A stretch of DNA of 64,000 nt from IMG/VR virus record IMGVR_UViG_3300008110_010000, positions 155,356 to 219,355 of that record, one strand, 5' to 3'. The notes under the pieces were generated by a model, which saw only the letters and a program-made list of their open reading frames with translations, searched no databases and had not been told where the DNA came from. Shown here in pieces: positions 37,188 through 47,773 of this stretch (position 1 is the first letter of the stretch; each line of letters starts with the position of its first letter). A program made the translations under genes and the position numbers.

Positions 37188-40100
37188 ATGCCACTTATTA
37201 ATATTTTAAATGTTCTTCCGGGAGACTCCCAAACAATCTTGATAGACAAGATTAATTACAATTTTGATCAAATCTTGACGGCTGGTGGAGGACCCCAGGG
37301 ACCTCAGGGAATAAGAGGCGCTACTGGAGCTATCGGACCTCAAGGTATACAAGGACCAACCGGACCCCAGGGACTAAGAGGAGCTAGATGGTATGTCCAA
37401 CAAACAGCACCAGCAATCGGGAATCTTTATAATACTCCTTGGGGAGAGCCTGAACTTGGAGACTATTGGCTTTCAGATAGTACAGATACAAATCCTTATG
37501 GGATCTATGTCTATGATGAAACTTCCCCGGGAAGTGGATCGTTAACTTGGCAATATTCTGGCGTATTTTTTTCTAACACGTCCGCATTTGTTCCTGTTGA
37601 TAATACGAATTTAACTGACGATAGAGTATTAATTCATGATACTAATTTTAGCCACAAATATGGATTATTATTAAGCGATAGAGGGGGGACAGGTGCAGAT
37701 CCTAGTTATCAATATACTGAACTTAATAAGTTTGGATTAAATGGCGAAAGAGCTAAACTTAAAATTGCAACGGATCCTAGTTCTAATATAGCTTCATTGA
37801 TATCTTTCGGAAGAGCTAATCAAGACGAAGCTAATAGAACAAGTGCAGGTTTTAGCCAGAGCAGAAATCCAAGATTTAGATGGAAAAATCCAGGAGCTGT
37901 TACAACTGATTATGATATTGAATTTTTTAGCCCCGGAGGCAGTGTGTCTTTTCTAGCTGCTTCAAATAGTTTTGACGTTCAAGCATCAAGAGTTAATATT
38001 ACAGGTGCTAACTGGATCAATGCTACAGGAGGATCTATAAGACTTAGAAGATCCTCAGGAAGCTTTGTTAACAGTGGAGTCGGTACATACTTTGCCGATG
38101 GGACGGAAATGAGGTATTCTCCAGATTATACCAACAGTGTCGGTAATTTTATAGTTGGTGATGCTATTACAACTCAAGGAAACAAAGGAATAATTCTTTC
38201 CAATTCAGGAGCTACTAACGGAAGAAATGTTATCTTCAAAAGTGGGAACACTGCAGTTGGTAGTGTTTTTGGTGGACTAATGGCGGAGAAGGCAGCGGAT
38301 AGCGTTGCTATTGCAGGAGTTTCATTTGCTCTTGACGGCTCTGCCTCAACCGAAACAAGAATCGATTTATCAGTAAGTAATACTTCAGGTAATAATGTTA
38401 CGAGACTCAGATTAGACAAAGATGGTAATTTACAATTTAGATTTGGGATTTTTACCGGATCTACGAGAGATGGATTAGTTTACATGCAGGATTCTGCATC
38501 AGGGGAATCTGGTGCTAATCTAACCATCAAATCTGGAGCTGGTACTGCAGCTCCTGGCGGAAATCTTTATCTATATGGTGGATTAGGAGCAGCAGGAAGC
38601 ACAGGGGGTAATGTAGTAATCCATCCCGGTCCAGTCCTATCTGGCGGTGGATCTAAAGGAGGAAATATTTATTTACATCCTAGTCAATCTAATAAGACTA
38701 ATGTTACTGGTGTTGCTATAGGAATTTCAGATAGTGTATCAGTAGACGCTGCTTTAGTTGTTGCTGACACTAACAATGGAATATCTGGTGGTGACATTCT
38801 TCAATTAAAAACGTATGCACAAAATGCAACAGGAGCTCACTTCTTTGGATTTGATAGTGATGGATATTTAACAAAAGGCCTTCCTTTCAATGAAACAACA
38901 ATTCCTCTTCAAACAAGTCCTAATAATTTAGATTACTATGAAGAGGGAGATTGGTCTGGAACATTGGCATTAAATCCAAGAGTAGCACAAACAGGATGGA
39001 ACTCAACCAAATATAAAATAGTTAAATCCAAATACACAAGGGTTGGTGATACAGTTGATATTGATTTTGTAATTAAGATTGATTCTCTTTCTACATCTAT
39101 ACCAGCACCAGCAACTGCTAGTAATGGCTATATGTACATAACAGGGTTTCCTTATTCTGCTGACTTCTCTAATGTTAGACTGGGAACATCTGTAACTGAC
39201 TTTCTGACACCAGCAATGCCGGTTGTTGGTTTAAAAGCAACAGGTTTTGCTGGTATCGGATCAACTCCAGCTGGTACTATAATGCCTTGGCCTTCTTTAG
39301 ATTTACCTAATGGATGGTTAGAATGTAATGGACAAGCGGTTTCTAGGTCTACTTATTCTTCTCTTTTTGGAGTTATTGGAACTACCTACGGATCTGGGGA
39401 TGGAACCACAACATTTAATTTACCAGATTTAGGTGGTAAGTTCATCAGAGGCCTTGGAGGAAATGCATCATCACTAGGAACAACACAGAATGATGAAATA
39501 AAATCACACACACACTCCTTAGAAACCAATCGAAGATTAGTTGGAACTGAAGATAGAGGAACCTCTTTATCAGGCAGTGGATCTGATGCTGTTTCTTCTA
39601 ACAATCAAGCAAACGTCTTTGCTAATGGTATAGCATCAACTGGAGGCACTGAAACCCGTCCTGTAAACATGGCGATGAACTATATAATTTACGCTGGTTC
39701 ATCCTCTGCTATACAGGAGTTAGGAGGAGCGTTTATCAGTGAAAGTTCTGATTCTAGACTTTATATTTATAGCAGTGGAGGAAACTTAGGAATTAATTCA
39801 ATCCCTGGGGGATCTACTTCTTATATACATGGAAGCTTCAGGTATTTTACTACAAGTTCAACTAAATATACTGCAGCTCCACCTCCTAGTCCAACACCTA
39901 CACCTACGCCGACTCCAACACCGACACCTACACCGACGCCAACACCGACGCCGACGCCGACACCGACACCTACACCGACGCCTGCTCCAACGCCTGCTCC
40001 TGTTTGTTTATTTAATAGCGGAACAACGACGATTAACCAGGCATCTCCTGGACCTGTTAATTCCTCTTGGATAATTAATTCTCCGGGTGCTTATTTACAA

Positions 40101-40322
40101 TTAACTGCGTTCGGTGGAAGTTCTTTTGCTGGTGAGGCTGATACTTTCCTACAGATTACTGGTATTACTGTTCCTGATCCTTCACCAAATATTATTAGTG
40201 CTTATTCTATTGGTGCAAATCCAGTTTCCCAAACAATTTGGTTGGATCCTGGAAATTACGTTGCTTCTCTATATGGTTCCTTCACTATTAGTAGTGGATC
40301 TGGAACAGTAAGTTGTGTTTAA
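37188..40322 (+). CDS. Tail fibre protein (collagen segment, tail-collar domain, Pro-Thr linker, C-terminal domain)
   Basis: [13 protein letters not shown] collagen; PAGTIMPW...[40 protein letters not shown] collar; [12 protein letters not shown]. Confidence 0.85.
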   Translation: MPLINILNVLPGDSQTILIDKINYNFDQILTAGGGPQGPQGIRGATGAIGPQGIQGPTGPQGLRGARWYVQQTAPAIGNLYNTPWGEPELGDYWLSDSTDTNPYGIYVYDETSPGSGSLTWQYSGVFFSNTSAFVPVDNTNLTDDRVLIHDTNFSHKYGLLLSDRGGTGADPSYQYTELNKFGLNGERAKLKIATDPSSNIASLISFGRANQDEANRTSAGFSQSRNPRFRWKNPGAVTTDYDIEFFSPGGSVSFLAASNSFDVQASRVNITGANWINATGGSIRLRRSSGSFVNSGVGTYFADGTEMRYSPDYTNSVGNFIVGDAITTQGNKGIILSNSGATNGRNVIFKSGNTAVGSVFGGLMAEKAADSVAIAGVSFALDGSASTETRIDLSVSNTSGNNVTRLRLDKDGNLQFRFGIFTGSTRDGLVYMQDSASGESGANLTIKSGAGTAAPGGNLYLYGGLGAAGSTGGNVVIHPGPVLSGGGSKGGNIYLHPSQSNKTNVTGVAIGISDSVSVDAALVVADTNNGISGGDILQLKTYAQNATGAHFFGFDSDGYLTKGLPFNETTIPLQTSPNNLDYYEEGDWSGTLALNPRVAQTGWNSTKYKIVKSKYTRVGDTVDIDFVIKIDSLSTSIPAPATASNGYMYITGFPYSADFSNVRLGTSVTDFLTPAMPVVGLKATGFAGIGSTPAGTIMPWPSLDLPNGWLECNGQAVSRSTYSSLFGVIGTTYGSGDGTTTFNLPDLGGKFIRGLGGNASSLGTTQNDEIKSHTHSLETNRRLVGTEDRGTSLSGSGSDAVSSNNQANVFANGIASTGGTETRPVNMAMNYIIYAGSSSAIQELGGAFISESSDSRLYIYSSGGNLGINSIPGGSTSYIHGSFRYFTTSSTKYTAAPPPSPTPTPTPTPTPTPTPTPTPTPTPTPTPTPTPAPTPAPVCLFNSGTTTINQASPGPVNSSWIINSPGAYLQLTAFGGSSFAGEADTFLQITGITVPDPSPNIISAYSIGANPVSQTIWLDPGNYVASLYGSFTISSGSGTVSCV
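39891..40001 (+). repeat. (Pro-Thr)15 + PAPTPAP linker
   Basis: CCN-ACN dicodon repeat with varied third positions. Confidence 0.95.
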
Positions 40323-40339
40323 TTTAAACTATCGAGAAT

Positions 40340-40621
40340 ATGAAGATGTCTTTTAAGGAGATTGAAAAAATAAAATCTATAATGACTAATTATAGGGAGA
40401 TTCATGATGAGCTTTCCTCATACGAAAAAGAATTGGACAGAATGAGCGAGAACGAATCTGAAAAAAATGAAAATAGGATCATCCATTTAGGAAATAAGAT
40501 AAAATCGTGTATTAAATCCTTAAACATCCAAAGGACAGATGAAAAAAGTATGTATGTTGAGCTAGAAAAAAAATACGGGCCTGGACAAATAGACGTTAAA
40601 ACGTTCGAATATAAAAGATAG
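40340..40621 (+). CDS. Small coiled-coil hypothetical protein
   Basis: 93 aa ending LEKKYGPGQID, a pattern seen in small phage coiled-coil proteins. Confidence 0.6.
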   Translation: MKMSFKEIEKIKSIMTNYREIHDELSSYEKELDRMSENESEKNENRIIHLGNKIKSCIKSLNIQRTDEKSMYVELEKKYGPGQIDVKTFEYKR

Positions 40622-40623
40622 CT

Positions 40624-41391
40624 ATGAAAAAAATAAAAGAAGAAGTACAACAAGAGATTGAAAAAAAGGTCGAATCTGTACAAAATTTTAAAAATAATAA
40701 TAAGAAACTACTAATAGGAGCAGGATTACTAATATTAGCATTCCTGATATATGGTACATTTAGTAACGATTATCACAAAAAAGAAATTAAAGCTTTAGAA
40801 AGTGAGATCAGCGAAGTTCAAGAAAAATTTGAAGCAGCAGTAGAGGAGAAAGAAAGGCTCAGAGATTCTTCTGAAGTTTATGAGAATCTGGCTGAGCAAG
40901 CAGGAGAAGAGGCTGACAAATTTAGAGCAAAGGCCGCAAAAGAAAAGAAAGACAAGGAAGCAGCTTTAGCAGCTTTACAAAATCTACCAAAGGATGTAAT
41001 TGACACATTTTTCATAAAAAGATATGCAGAAGTTCCTAAATCCGATGTAGGACTAGAACTAGATAAAAATGTCGGTAATGCGATAGTTATAGAGCTAGTC
41101 GAAAAGGATCACTTAGTTGGAGAATTAAAGACAGCAGGAGACCTAACTAATTCTCTAACAACTCAAGTTAATACGTTACAAACCTCTTTAAATTTTTCCA
41201 AATCTGCTCTTGTGAGTGCTGATTCAGCAATTATAGCAAGATCTAAGCAATTTGAATTACAGCAGCAGGTATCAGATCTACTTAAGCAGGATCTAAAAAC
41301 TGCCAAGAAAAAAGCATTCTGGAACAAGATCAAGGGAACTGCTGTTGGCGTGGTAATTGGATTAACAGTCGGTTTGATTGCAGTTAAATAA
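40624..41391 (+). CDS. Membrane-anchored coiled-coil protein, spanin-like candidate
   Basis: Hydrophobic LLIGAGLLILAFLIYGTF near the N-terminus, a long coiled coil, and C-terminal KKKAFW...AVGVVIGLTVGLIAVK. Confidence 0.5.
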   Translation: MKKIKEEVQQEIEKKVESVQNFKNNNKKLLIGAGLLILAFLIYGTFSNDYHKKEIKALESEISEVQEKFEAAVEEKERLRDSSEVYENLAEQAGEEADKFRAKAAKEKKDKEAALAALQNLPKDVIDTFFIKRYAEVPKSDVGLELDKNVGNAIVIELVEKDHLVGELKTAGDLTNSLTTQVNTLQTSLNFSKSALVSADSAIIARSKQFELQQQVSDLLKQDLKTAKKKAFWNKIKGTAVGVVIGLTVGLIAVK

Positions 41392-41450
41392 TGGGGGATA
41401 TAAAAATCTCCGGAAGGCGTGATGTGATATTATCACTCTGTAATAAACTT

Positions 41451-41458
41451 GATATATA
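41451..41458 (+). promoter_or_regulatory. Late promoter GATATATA
   Basis: 7 nt before ATG 41466. Confidence 0.5.
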
Positions 41459-41465
41459 AGAGGAT

Positions 41466-43781
41466 ATGTCAAGTTTTAACTATACTAGCAAATTTTTTAG
41501 TCTATCTCCATATTTACTTATGGAGTATAGATATGGTGTTCAGCCAAATCCCGAATACCATCAGGTTATTTTTGGGCCCTCTGTAGTTGGCTTTGAAAAA
41601 ATGGTAAACGGATATTTTAATAATGCCGTACAGATAACAAACAGAAACGAGGACACACAAACAACTGGTAATGTTAGGGACAGAAGTTCTGTACAAATAT
41701 CACAAAACACGTTTGTTAAGCTTGACATTGATCGATTAGTACAGTATTTAGACTATGATGATAAATTAACGGATCCTGCGAATCTTCCAGTTACGTTTGA
41801 TACCAATTTAAATGTTTATTACGATACTATCAGATACCACTTTTTAAGTGGATTTGATTTCGGTTTAAGTGATGGAGTAATCATGCAAGTCCAGTTCCAG
41901 GAAAGAAATGGTAAAAAGTGCACAGTATCGCAGGTAACTTATGAAACTGGAGATTTAGACATAACAACACCCAATCCGAATCCCATATACTTTAATGCAG
42001 GAATTTATGATAATTATGTAGAGGTTAAAATACCTTCTTATTCAAGTATAACATATGAGTATGACACTCAAGCTGGATCTGGATTAGAAAGTGGAACAGT
42101 AGCAGCAAAGATCAGCTCAGACGGTAAGGGATTTATTAGAAATCAGCCTTTCACCGTTAGTCTTTATGAAATAGAGAATACGCAAGAATTAAATGGCTTC
42201 TATTATTTCTATACAGCTTTAAATAGTATTGCAACAGTTACTCCTTTTGATGAATACGGTGATTTAGCTGCTAATGTTGTTGAAGATAACGACTTTGATT
42301 ATTTTAAATATTATCCAACTTGGAAAGAAAACTTCATTGAGGATTTTATTTATACCGAAAGTTCTCTAGGTAATATTTATTACATCATACATGATTTAGA
42401 AGTAAAAGAGCAGGTAGGACAAAGACAAATATCAACACAAAAATTACAGCTTCTTCAGGATAAAGATTTTAATTCACCTTATATCTATAGGCCTGTAATT
42501 GTAAATCCTAAAGCAACCAGCTTTAGTATTATTTACACTATGAGATTGGTGAACAAGTTCAGTAATGTTTCTATCATGAGGATAGCATCGGTTACAAGCA
42601 CTGAAGTTGATAAGTATGGACCTTCAATAAAGAAAATAAATCTTTTACATCAGCCTTATCCTCAAAAAGTTTATAACAAAGTAACAGAGCCTGTTGTATC
42701 TAAAGCATATACATTAAATGTAAATCCAATTGAAAGGGTAATTACGAAATATGTTCCTGCTTTCTTTGAAAGAGAATCTGTAAACATTTCTCAAGAGGAT
42801 TTGACAATTGATAATTTAGGAGGATTAACACAATCAACAACTACTGATGCAACTATTGCATATGGACAGGGAAAATCCAAAATAGTTGTTAACCCTTATG
42901 ATAATTATTATAAGTTTAGAATATTCATCAAAAATGAAGGAAAAGAAAATACTGTTTTAGATCTTGGATCTAATTCTGATTTTTATCTTGTTTTTGAAGG
43001 AGGCGATAATAAAACTGTTAAAATATCAAGTATGACTGACAGTACTTTCCAAAATCCAAGCAAGGGAGAATTAGTTTTTAAACTTGTAGAATCTGAATCT
43101 AAAAAAATATCTGCATTTAGTTCACGCGATTTTCATATAGTTTCTAAAACAAACAATGGAATAGAAACATCTGTTTATCACGGAACTTGGATATTACCTT
43201 CTGAGAGAGATCAAAAACCAGTTGCAACCACAACCGCTACTCCTGCACCTGCACCTGCAGTTGTTGAAATAGCTCCTTCCGTTATAACGCAAGAACCGGT
43301 AGTCGATATAATTCCTCAACAGCCTAAAGATTACTTTGATATAGAAAAAGATCAGGTTGTTTTAAATGTTGAGCCCGTAGTTAAACCAATATTAACAGTC
43401 GAAGAACCCGTTATTAAACCTAAACAACCAATCAGATATAACATCGACACTCTATCCAATTTAATCAGTATGGACGAAACAGCGGGTAAGAGTGTTCAGG
43501 AAATTGCTGATTATTATACAATACCAGGAAGACCTGGGAATGATCTGTTTGAGGGAATGAATAATAAATTCTTCTTAAATGCAGTCAGATTAGTTCATCC
43601 AGATTCTAATGGAATCAGAAGCTCAATGTTTAACCAATACTCTTCTTATCTTGGAGAAATTTACGAGCCTTATGAATCTGTTAGATATCCAGTTGGCGGG
43701 GGAGGAGGAAGTAGATTTATTGATTATGATCAGATGGGTTTAAAACCTAGTAATGATATGGGACAACAGTTCTATTTATAA
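41466..43781 (+). CDS. Unknown protein (771 aa), probably structural
   Basis: Late motif upstream, precedes the gp3-like gene, and has an internal T/P/A linker. Confidence 0.55.
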   Translation: MSSFNYTSKFFSLSPYLLMEYRYGVQPNPEYHQVIFGPSVVGFEKMVNGYFNNAVQITNRNEDTQTTGNVRDRSSVQISQNTFVKLDIDRLVQYLDYDDKLTDPANLPVTFDTNLNVYYDTIRYHFLSGFDFGLSDGVIMQVQFQERNGKKCTVSQVTYETGDLDITTPNPNPIYFNAGIYDNYVEVKIPSYSSITYEYDTQAGSGLESGTVAAKISSDGKGFIRNQPFTVSLYEIENTQELNGFYYFYTALNSIATVTPFDEYGDLAANVVEDNDFDYFKYYPTWKENFIEDFIYTESSLGNIYYIIHDLEVKEQVGQRQISTQKLQLLQDKDFNSPYIYRPVIVNPKATSFSIIYTMRLVNKFSNVSIMRIASVTSTEVDKYGPSIKKINLLHQPYPQKVYNKVTEPVVSKAYTLNVNPIERVITKYVPAFFERESVNISQEDLTIDNLGGLTQSTTTDATIAYGQGKSKIVVNPYDNYYKFRIFIKNEGKENTVLDLGSNSDFYLVFEGGDNKTVKISSMTDSTFQNPSKGELVFKLVESESKKISAFSSRDFHIVSKTNNGIETSVYHGTWILPSERDQKPVATTTATPAPAPAVVEIAPSVITQEPVVDIIPQQPKDYFDIEKDQVVLNVEPVVKPILTVEEPVIKPKQPIRYNIDTLSNLISMDETAGKSVQEIADYYTIPGRPGNDLFEGMNNKFFLNAVRLVHPDSNGIRSSMFNQYSSYLGEIYEPYESVRYPVGGGGGSRFIDYDQMGLKPSNDMGQQFYL

Positions 43782-43798
43782 ATTTTGTTTGAAAACTT

Positions 43799-44350
43799 AT
43801 GTTATTAAATTCAAGACAGAATGCTTTTATATTTAACCTCCCAAAGGGATTTTATTCGTCCAAACTGGAAGAAAAGTATTTAGCTTACGTTAAAAGAATG
43901 CCAATTCCTTATGACACACTGAAGGATTTTATGAATTCAACAATTCAACAGGTATCTTTTCCGACATTTCAAACCATTGATACTGTCGAACAAACTAGAC
44001 CTGGTGGATATAAGCAGAACTACAAAAGTGCAACCACTATACAAAATCTAATCAGAAGAGATTTCAACGTCACATTTAAGCTTGGGGAGGGATTCATCAA
44101 TTATTGGATTATGTATGAAAGCATAGTAGATTTTTTAGATTTTCAAAACGAGAACGAATACCTACCAGATTTAACTCTTCATTTGTTAGACCATGAGGGC
44201 ATTATTATGTCCACTGTGAAATTTCAGCAGCCGATATATACATCGCTATCTGAAGTACAATTGAACTATTCTAGCACGACACCTCAGTTCTCCACTTTTA
44301 GTGTGGGCTTTAGATGTAACTACGTCGATATAAAATTAGAAATTGGGTAA
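43799..44350 (+). CDS. Tail tube terminator/completion protein, T4 gp3 / gp19-like fold
   Basis: TIQQVSFP...FNVTFKLGEGFINYW...DLTLHLLD...YTSLSEVQLNY...FSVGFRCN pattern. Confidence 0.7.
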   Translation: MLLNSRQNAFIFNLPKGFYSSKLEEKYLAYVKRMPIPYDTLKDFMNSTIQQVSFPTFQTIDTVEQTRPGGYKQNYKSATTIQNLIRRDFNVTFKLGEGFINYWIMYESIVDFLDFQNENEYLPDLTLHLLDHEGIIMSTVKFQQPIYTSLSEVQLNYSSTTPQFSTFSVGFRCNYVDIKLEIG

Positions 44351-45011
44351 AAACATTATTGGGGTGGATTTTTCTTTAAATTCCCCAGCCTGGTGCTCCC
44401 TTAGCGAGCATGGGGCAAACTGGGGATCTTGCCACAGAACAACCAAAAAGATTGGGAATATTCTTGCAAAGGAGGGATCTCCTTTTAAAATATTCGGGGA
44501 AGATTCTAATTTTACCCTTACTGTAAGGGAAAAAAGCAAGATTGAAGGTGAATATTGGGAGATAGAAAGGATCAAACTGGAAAACTTTTCTATCATAGCT
44601 GATAATTTCATGATGACTCTTATACCCTTTATAACTGACGAATCTGTGGTATTCATGGAGGGTATTTCATTCGGAAGCTCTGGAAATTCTCTTATTGATA
44701 TTTCCATGTGTACTGCTTTGGTAAGAGAGAGGATAGCTGAATTGGTAGGATACAAGAATCTTTATGTTTATTCTCCTACCGCAATTAAAAAATTTGCCCT
44801 CAAGGGTAATGCAAAAAAGGACGAACTTTATTTAGCTCTTATAGATAAATACGGTGAGGATAATCTCCTAAGTCCTCTTGTTTCTCCGTTGAAACAAAAC
44901 AAGGATATCTGGATTAAAAAAAACAAGGAAGTGGAGACCCCGTGTTCAGATTTGATAGATGCCACTTGGATTAGTTTATACGGAAAACAAATTTTAGGGG
45001 AAACTTTTTGA
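44343..45011 (+). CDS. RuvC-like Holliday junction resolvase
   Basis: IIGVDFSLNSP, VFMEG, PTAIKKFALKGNAKKDEL and DLIDATWI give the RuvC acidic catalytic set. Confidence 0.85.
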   Translation: MGKNIIGVDFSLNSPAWCSLSEHGANWGSCHRTTKKIGNILAKEGSPFKIFGEDSNFTLTVREKSKIEGEYWEIERIKLENFSIIADNFMMTLIPFITDESVVFMEGISFGSSGNSLIDISMCTALVRERIAELVGYKNLYVYSPTAIKKFALKGNAKKDELYLALIDKYGEDNLLSPLVSPLKQNKDIWIKKNKEVETPCSDLIDATWISLYGKQILGETF

Positions 45012-45028
45012 GACACTTAGGTATAACT
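45000..45028 (+). promoter_or_regulatory. Putative GAAAC-N17-TATAAC promoter for gp32
   Basis: Bipartite motif repeated in front of the polymerase and Hc1 genes. Confidence 0.5.
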
Positions 45029-45070
45029 TAGGAATCAATTTTAGTTAATTTAAAAAAATTTAGAAAAAAC

Positions 45071-46051
45071 ATGGAAAATTTTGACATTTTTAGTTTGGAC
45101 AATGAGGACTTTCTGAAACCAGAACCCCAAGCTCAAGGCGGCGACGCTAACATTTACAAACCCTATCCAGAACTTGGAAAGGATGGAGTTTATAAATCTT
45201 TGATTAGATTCCTCCCAAACATCGCAAATCCCAAAAAATCTAAAATCCACAAATATTATGTGTGGTTGAAAGATCCAGTAGACAACAGTAACTTTGTTGC
45301 TGACTGTCCATCAACTGTAGGTAAAAAATCAATACTAAAAGACATCTTCTGGAAGTTAAAAAACTCTCCATCTGCTAAGGATCAAGAGCTTGCTAAGTCT
45401 TTCTCGCGTAAGGAGGATTACTATGCATTGATTCAAGTAGTTAAGGATCCAAGCAAACCTGAATTGGAAGGCAAAATTATGGTTTTCAAATTCGGTAAAA
45501 AGGTTGCTGATATGATCGAGCAACAAATTAAGCCAGAATATGGTACTCCATGCAACCCTTTCGATCTGTTTGAAGGTAAGAATTTTGGTGTGCATGTTAG
45601 AAAAGTAGGGGATTGGAACAATTACGATCTTTGCCAATTTGTTGGTGAGAAAGGGCCAATTTCCATCGGAGGATCTCCTGTTGAAAAAAGCGAAGCTGAT
45701 CAAAAAAGAATCGTTGAATACTTAAAAGCAGGTCCACAGGATCTAGTTGAAAAATACGATTACAAAGAATGGAGCGACGAAGACAGGGAAAAAATTAACT
45801 CAATTATTCGCAACACCATTCCAGACGGAAGAATGTTATCTGAAATCTTCTCAGGATCTCCGGATTCCAAACCATCTGCATCAAGTGCCAATCCAAACCC
45901 GATGAAAAAGGAGGTCAAAAAGTCTGCTGAAGCAGATTTCTTCTCCGATACAGAAAGTCTAGAAGAAGCTGAAGCAATGCAACCAGCATCACCTGCTAAG
46001 AAGACTTCTGCATCTTCTGGAAGCTTGGATGATTTGTATAACGATCTCTAA
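45071..46051 (+). CDS. Single-stranded DNA-binding protein, T4 gp32-like
   Basis: IRFLP, YYALIQVVKDP..PELEGKIMVFKFGKKV, NPFDLFEGKNF, NYD motifs and an acidic C-terminal tail. Confidence 0.9.
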   Translation: MENFDIFSLDNEDFLKPEPQAQGGDANIYKPYPELGKDGVYKSLIRFLPNIANPKKSKIHKYYVWLKDPVDNSNFVADCPSTVGKKSILKDIFWKLKNSPSAKDQELAKSFSRKEDYYALIQVVKDPSKPELEGKIMVFKFGKKVADMIEQQIKPEYGTPCNPFDLFEGKNFGVHVRKVGDWNNYDLCQFVGEKGPISIGGSPVEKSEADQKRIVEYLKAGPQDLVEKYDYKEWSDEDREKINSIIRNTIPDGRMLSEIFSGSPDSKPSASSANPNPMKKEVKKSAEADFFSDTESLEEAEAMQPASPAKKTSASSGSLDDLYNDL

Positions 46052-46069
46052 TAACATTTATGAGATCTT

Positions 46070-47122
46070 ATGCAAAAATTAGGTTTAGAAAAGGTCAAGG
46101 ATCTTGTATCCAAAGCTTTGGAGGTTGCCTTTCCCGGAAATCTCCAGAAGCAAAAAATCTATACTTCACATAATAGATTAAACTTTTCCTGTCCCTACTG
46201 CGGAGACTCAAATGATCCAAGAAAAAAGAGAGGCAATCTATACGTAGATAGCCTCTCTTTTAAGTGTTATAATGGTGGATGTGGTAAATTCAGAGATTTA
46301 ATTGGTTTCCTTTTCGATCATGAGCTTGCTCGGGAATTAACCCATGAGCAAATAGAGGAGGCTAAGAATACCATAAATCTGAAGAAAACATCTAGAAGAG
46401 TTTCTGCCAGTGTTGATGTGTTTATCTTGGAAAACTATCGGGATGTTCTGGTTTCAAGAGAGGATTACAAAGCTAAATTAAAGCTCATAGAAGTCCCTAG
46501 ACCGGTCCAGGAATATTTAGTGCAGAGAAATCAGACTGTTGACGAAAAGTACTTGTATGACCCCGTAAAACGGTCTATACACATACTTAATTTGACTTCG
46601 GATGGAAAGTTCATATTAGGATTACAATTGAGAAATATGAACAAGAATGCAGTGAATAAGTATTACACTTATAAGCTTAGTGGTATTCATAAAAATCTTT
46701 TAAGGAGCAAAGATGCGGACCTTCTTCAAAAAGCAGAAGAGCTAGATCCGATTTCTTTAGTTTTTGGATTTTCCACAGTGGATTTAGATCAACCGGTTAC
46801 TATTTTTGAAGGACCCTTTGATTCCTTTCTTTTTCCGAATGCAGTCGCTCTCTGTTCGATCAACAATCCTTTTCCCTTTGATATCACTAACAAGAGATGG
46901 TTTTATGATGGAGACGATCCAGGAAAGGAAGAGCTAAGAAAGAAGATATGTAGTGGAGAGAGTGTTTTCTTATGGAAGAAATTTCTAGACGAAAACAATT
47001 TACCCGACAGGGACAAGTGGGATCTAAATGATGTGGTTGATTATGTTAGATCCAATAAGATCAAAATAAAAAGATTCGAAAAATATTTTTCTAGCGAGAA
47101 ATGGGACATGATTTTGATTTAA
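46070..47122 (+). CDS. DNA primase, T4 gp61-like
   Basis: Zn finger FSCPYCGDS...KCYNGGC; TOPRIM IFEGPFDSFL and YDGD. Confidence 0.9.
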   Translation: MQKLGLEKVKDLVSKALEVAFPGNLQKQKIYTSHNRLNFSCPYCGDSNDPRKKRGNLYVDSLSFKCYNGGCGKFRDLIGFLFDHELARELTHEQIEEAKNTINLKKTSRRVSASVDVFILENYRDVLVSREDYKAKLKLIEVPRPVQEYLVQRNQTVDEKYLYDPVKRSIHILNLTSDGKFILGLQLRNMNKNAVNKYYTYKLSGIHKNLLRSKDADLLQKAEELDPISLVFGFSTVDLDQPVTIFEGPFDSFLFPNAVALCSINNPFPFDITNKRWFYDGDDPGKEELRKKICSGESVFLWKKFLDENNLPDRDKWDLNDVVDYVRSNKIKIKRFEKYFSSEKWDMILI

Positions 47123-47322
47123 CAAAAGAGGAATTAGAAAGGTATAATAGGAAGAAATTCTTATTGAAAGTTCCTGTTTCTTATATGGCTAGTGAGGATT
47201 TAGAACTCCCTCAACTGGAGTTTAACTTTACCCCAGAGGAAGTAAAGTTAAACAAGAAGATAGTTACTGAGGTAGTTGATATAAAAAAAGAAAAAAAGAA
47301 TAAAAGCAATAAGCTTCTATGA
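47101..47322 (+). CDS. Hypothetical protein (73 aa)
   Basis: Fills the operon gap and overlaps both neighbours. Confidence 0.45.
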   Translation: MGHDFDLTKEELERYNRKKFLLKVPVSYMASEDLELPQLEFNFTPEEVKLNKKIVTEVVDIKKEKKNKSNKLL

Positions 47323-47762
47323 GTGATACTATAAGCAATTTCGAAGCACAATTCCAGGAAGAAAGAGAAACATGGACAGAAAGAATTCGTGAACTTTCTG
47401 TCAGAATGAGAAACATCAGAGAAATCGGAGAGGTTCAGGTTGAGCTTTATTCGGATAGACAAAAGTTATTGGAATACTCTTTTAAGTTAGGACAAGCTCT
47501 AAGTAGAATAAATTCTAATTATCGTTCTGAAAAGAAAAATAAAATGATGTATTACTCAGAGGAACACAACATTAGATATGGCTCTAATGAAAAAACCCAC
47601 CTCATCGATGGAGATCTGAGTGAAATTAAACACAGGATAGATCTGATTGATAATCACACTAGCTTTATGAATGAGACAATCAAAACTGTTGACCATATGT
47701 TATATGGGATAAAGGCAAGGATATCTCTAGAGGAGTTTATGCGAGGCGGTGGGGTTAAATAA
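47319..47762 (+). CDS. uvsY: Recombination mediator UvsY-like
   Basis: Helical 147 aa protein immediately before UvsW; C-terminus IKTVDHMLYGIKARI...F..GG. Confidence 0.7.
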   Translation: MSDTISNFEAQFQEERETWTERIRELSVRMRNIREIGEVQVELYSDRQKLLEYSFKLGQALSRINSNYRSEKKNKMMYYSEEHNIRYGSNEKTHLIDGDLSEIKHRIDLIDNHTSFMNETIKTVDHMLYGIKARISLEEFMRGGGVK

Positions 47763-47773
47763 GAAAATTTTAG

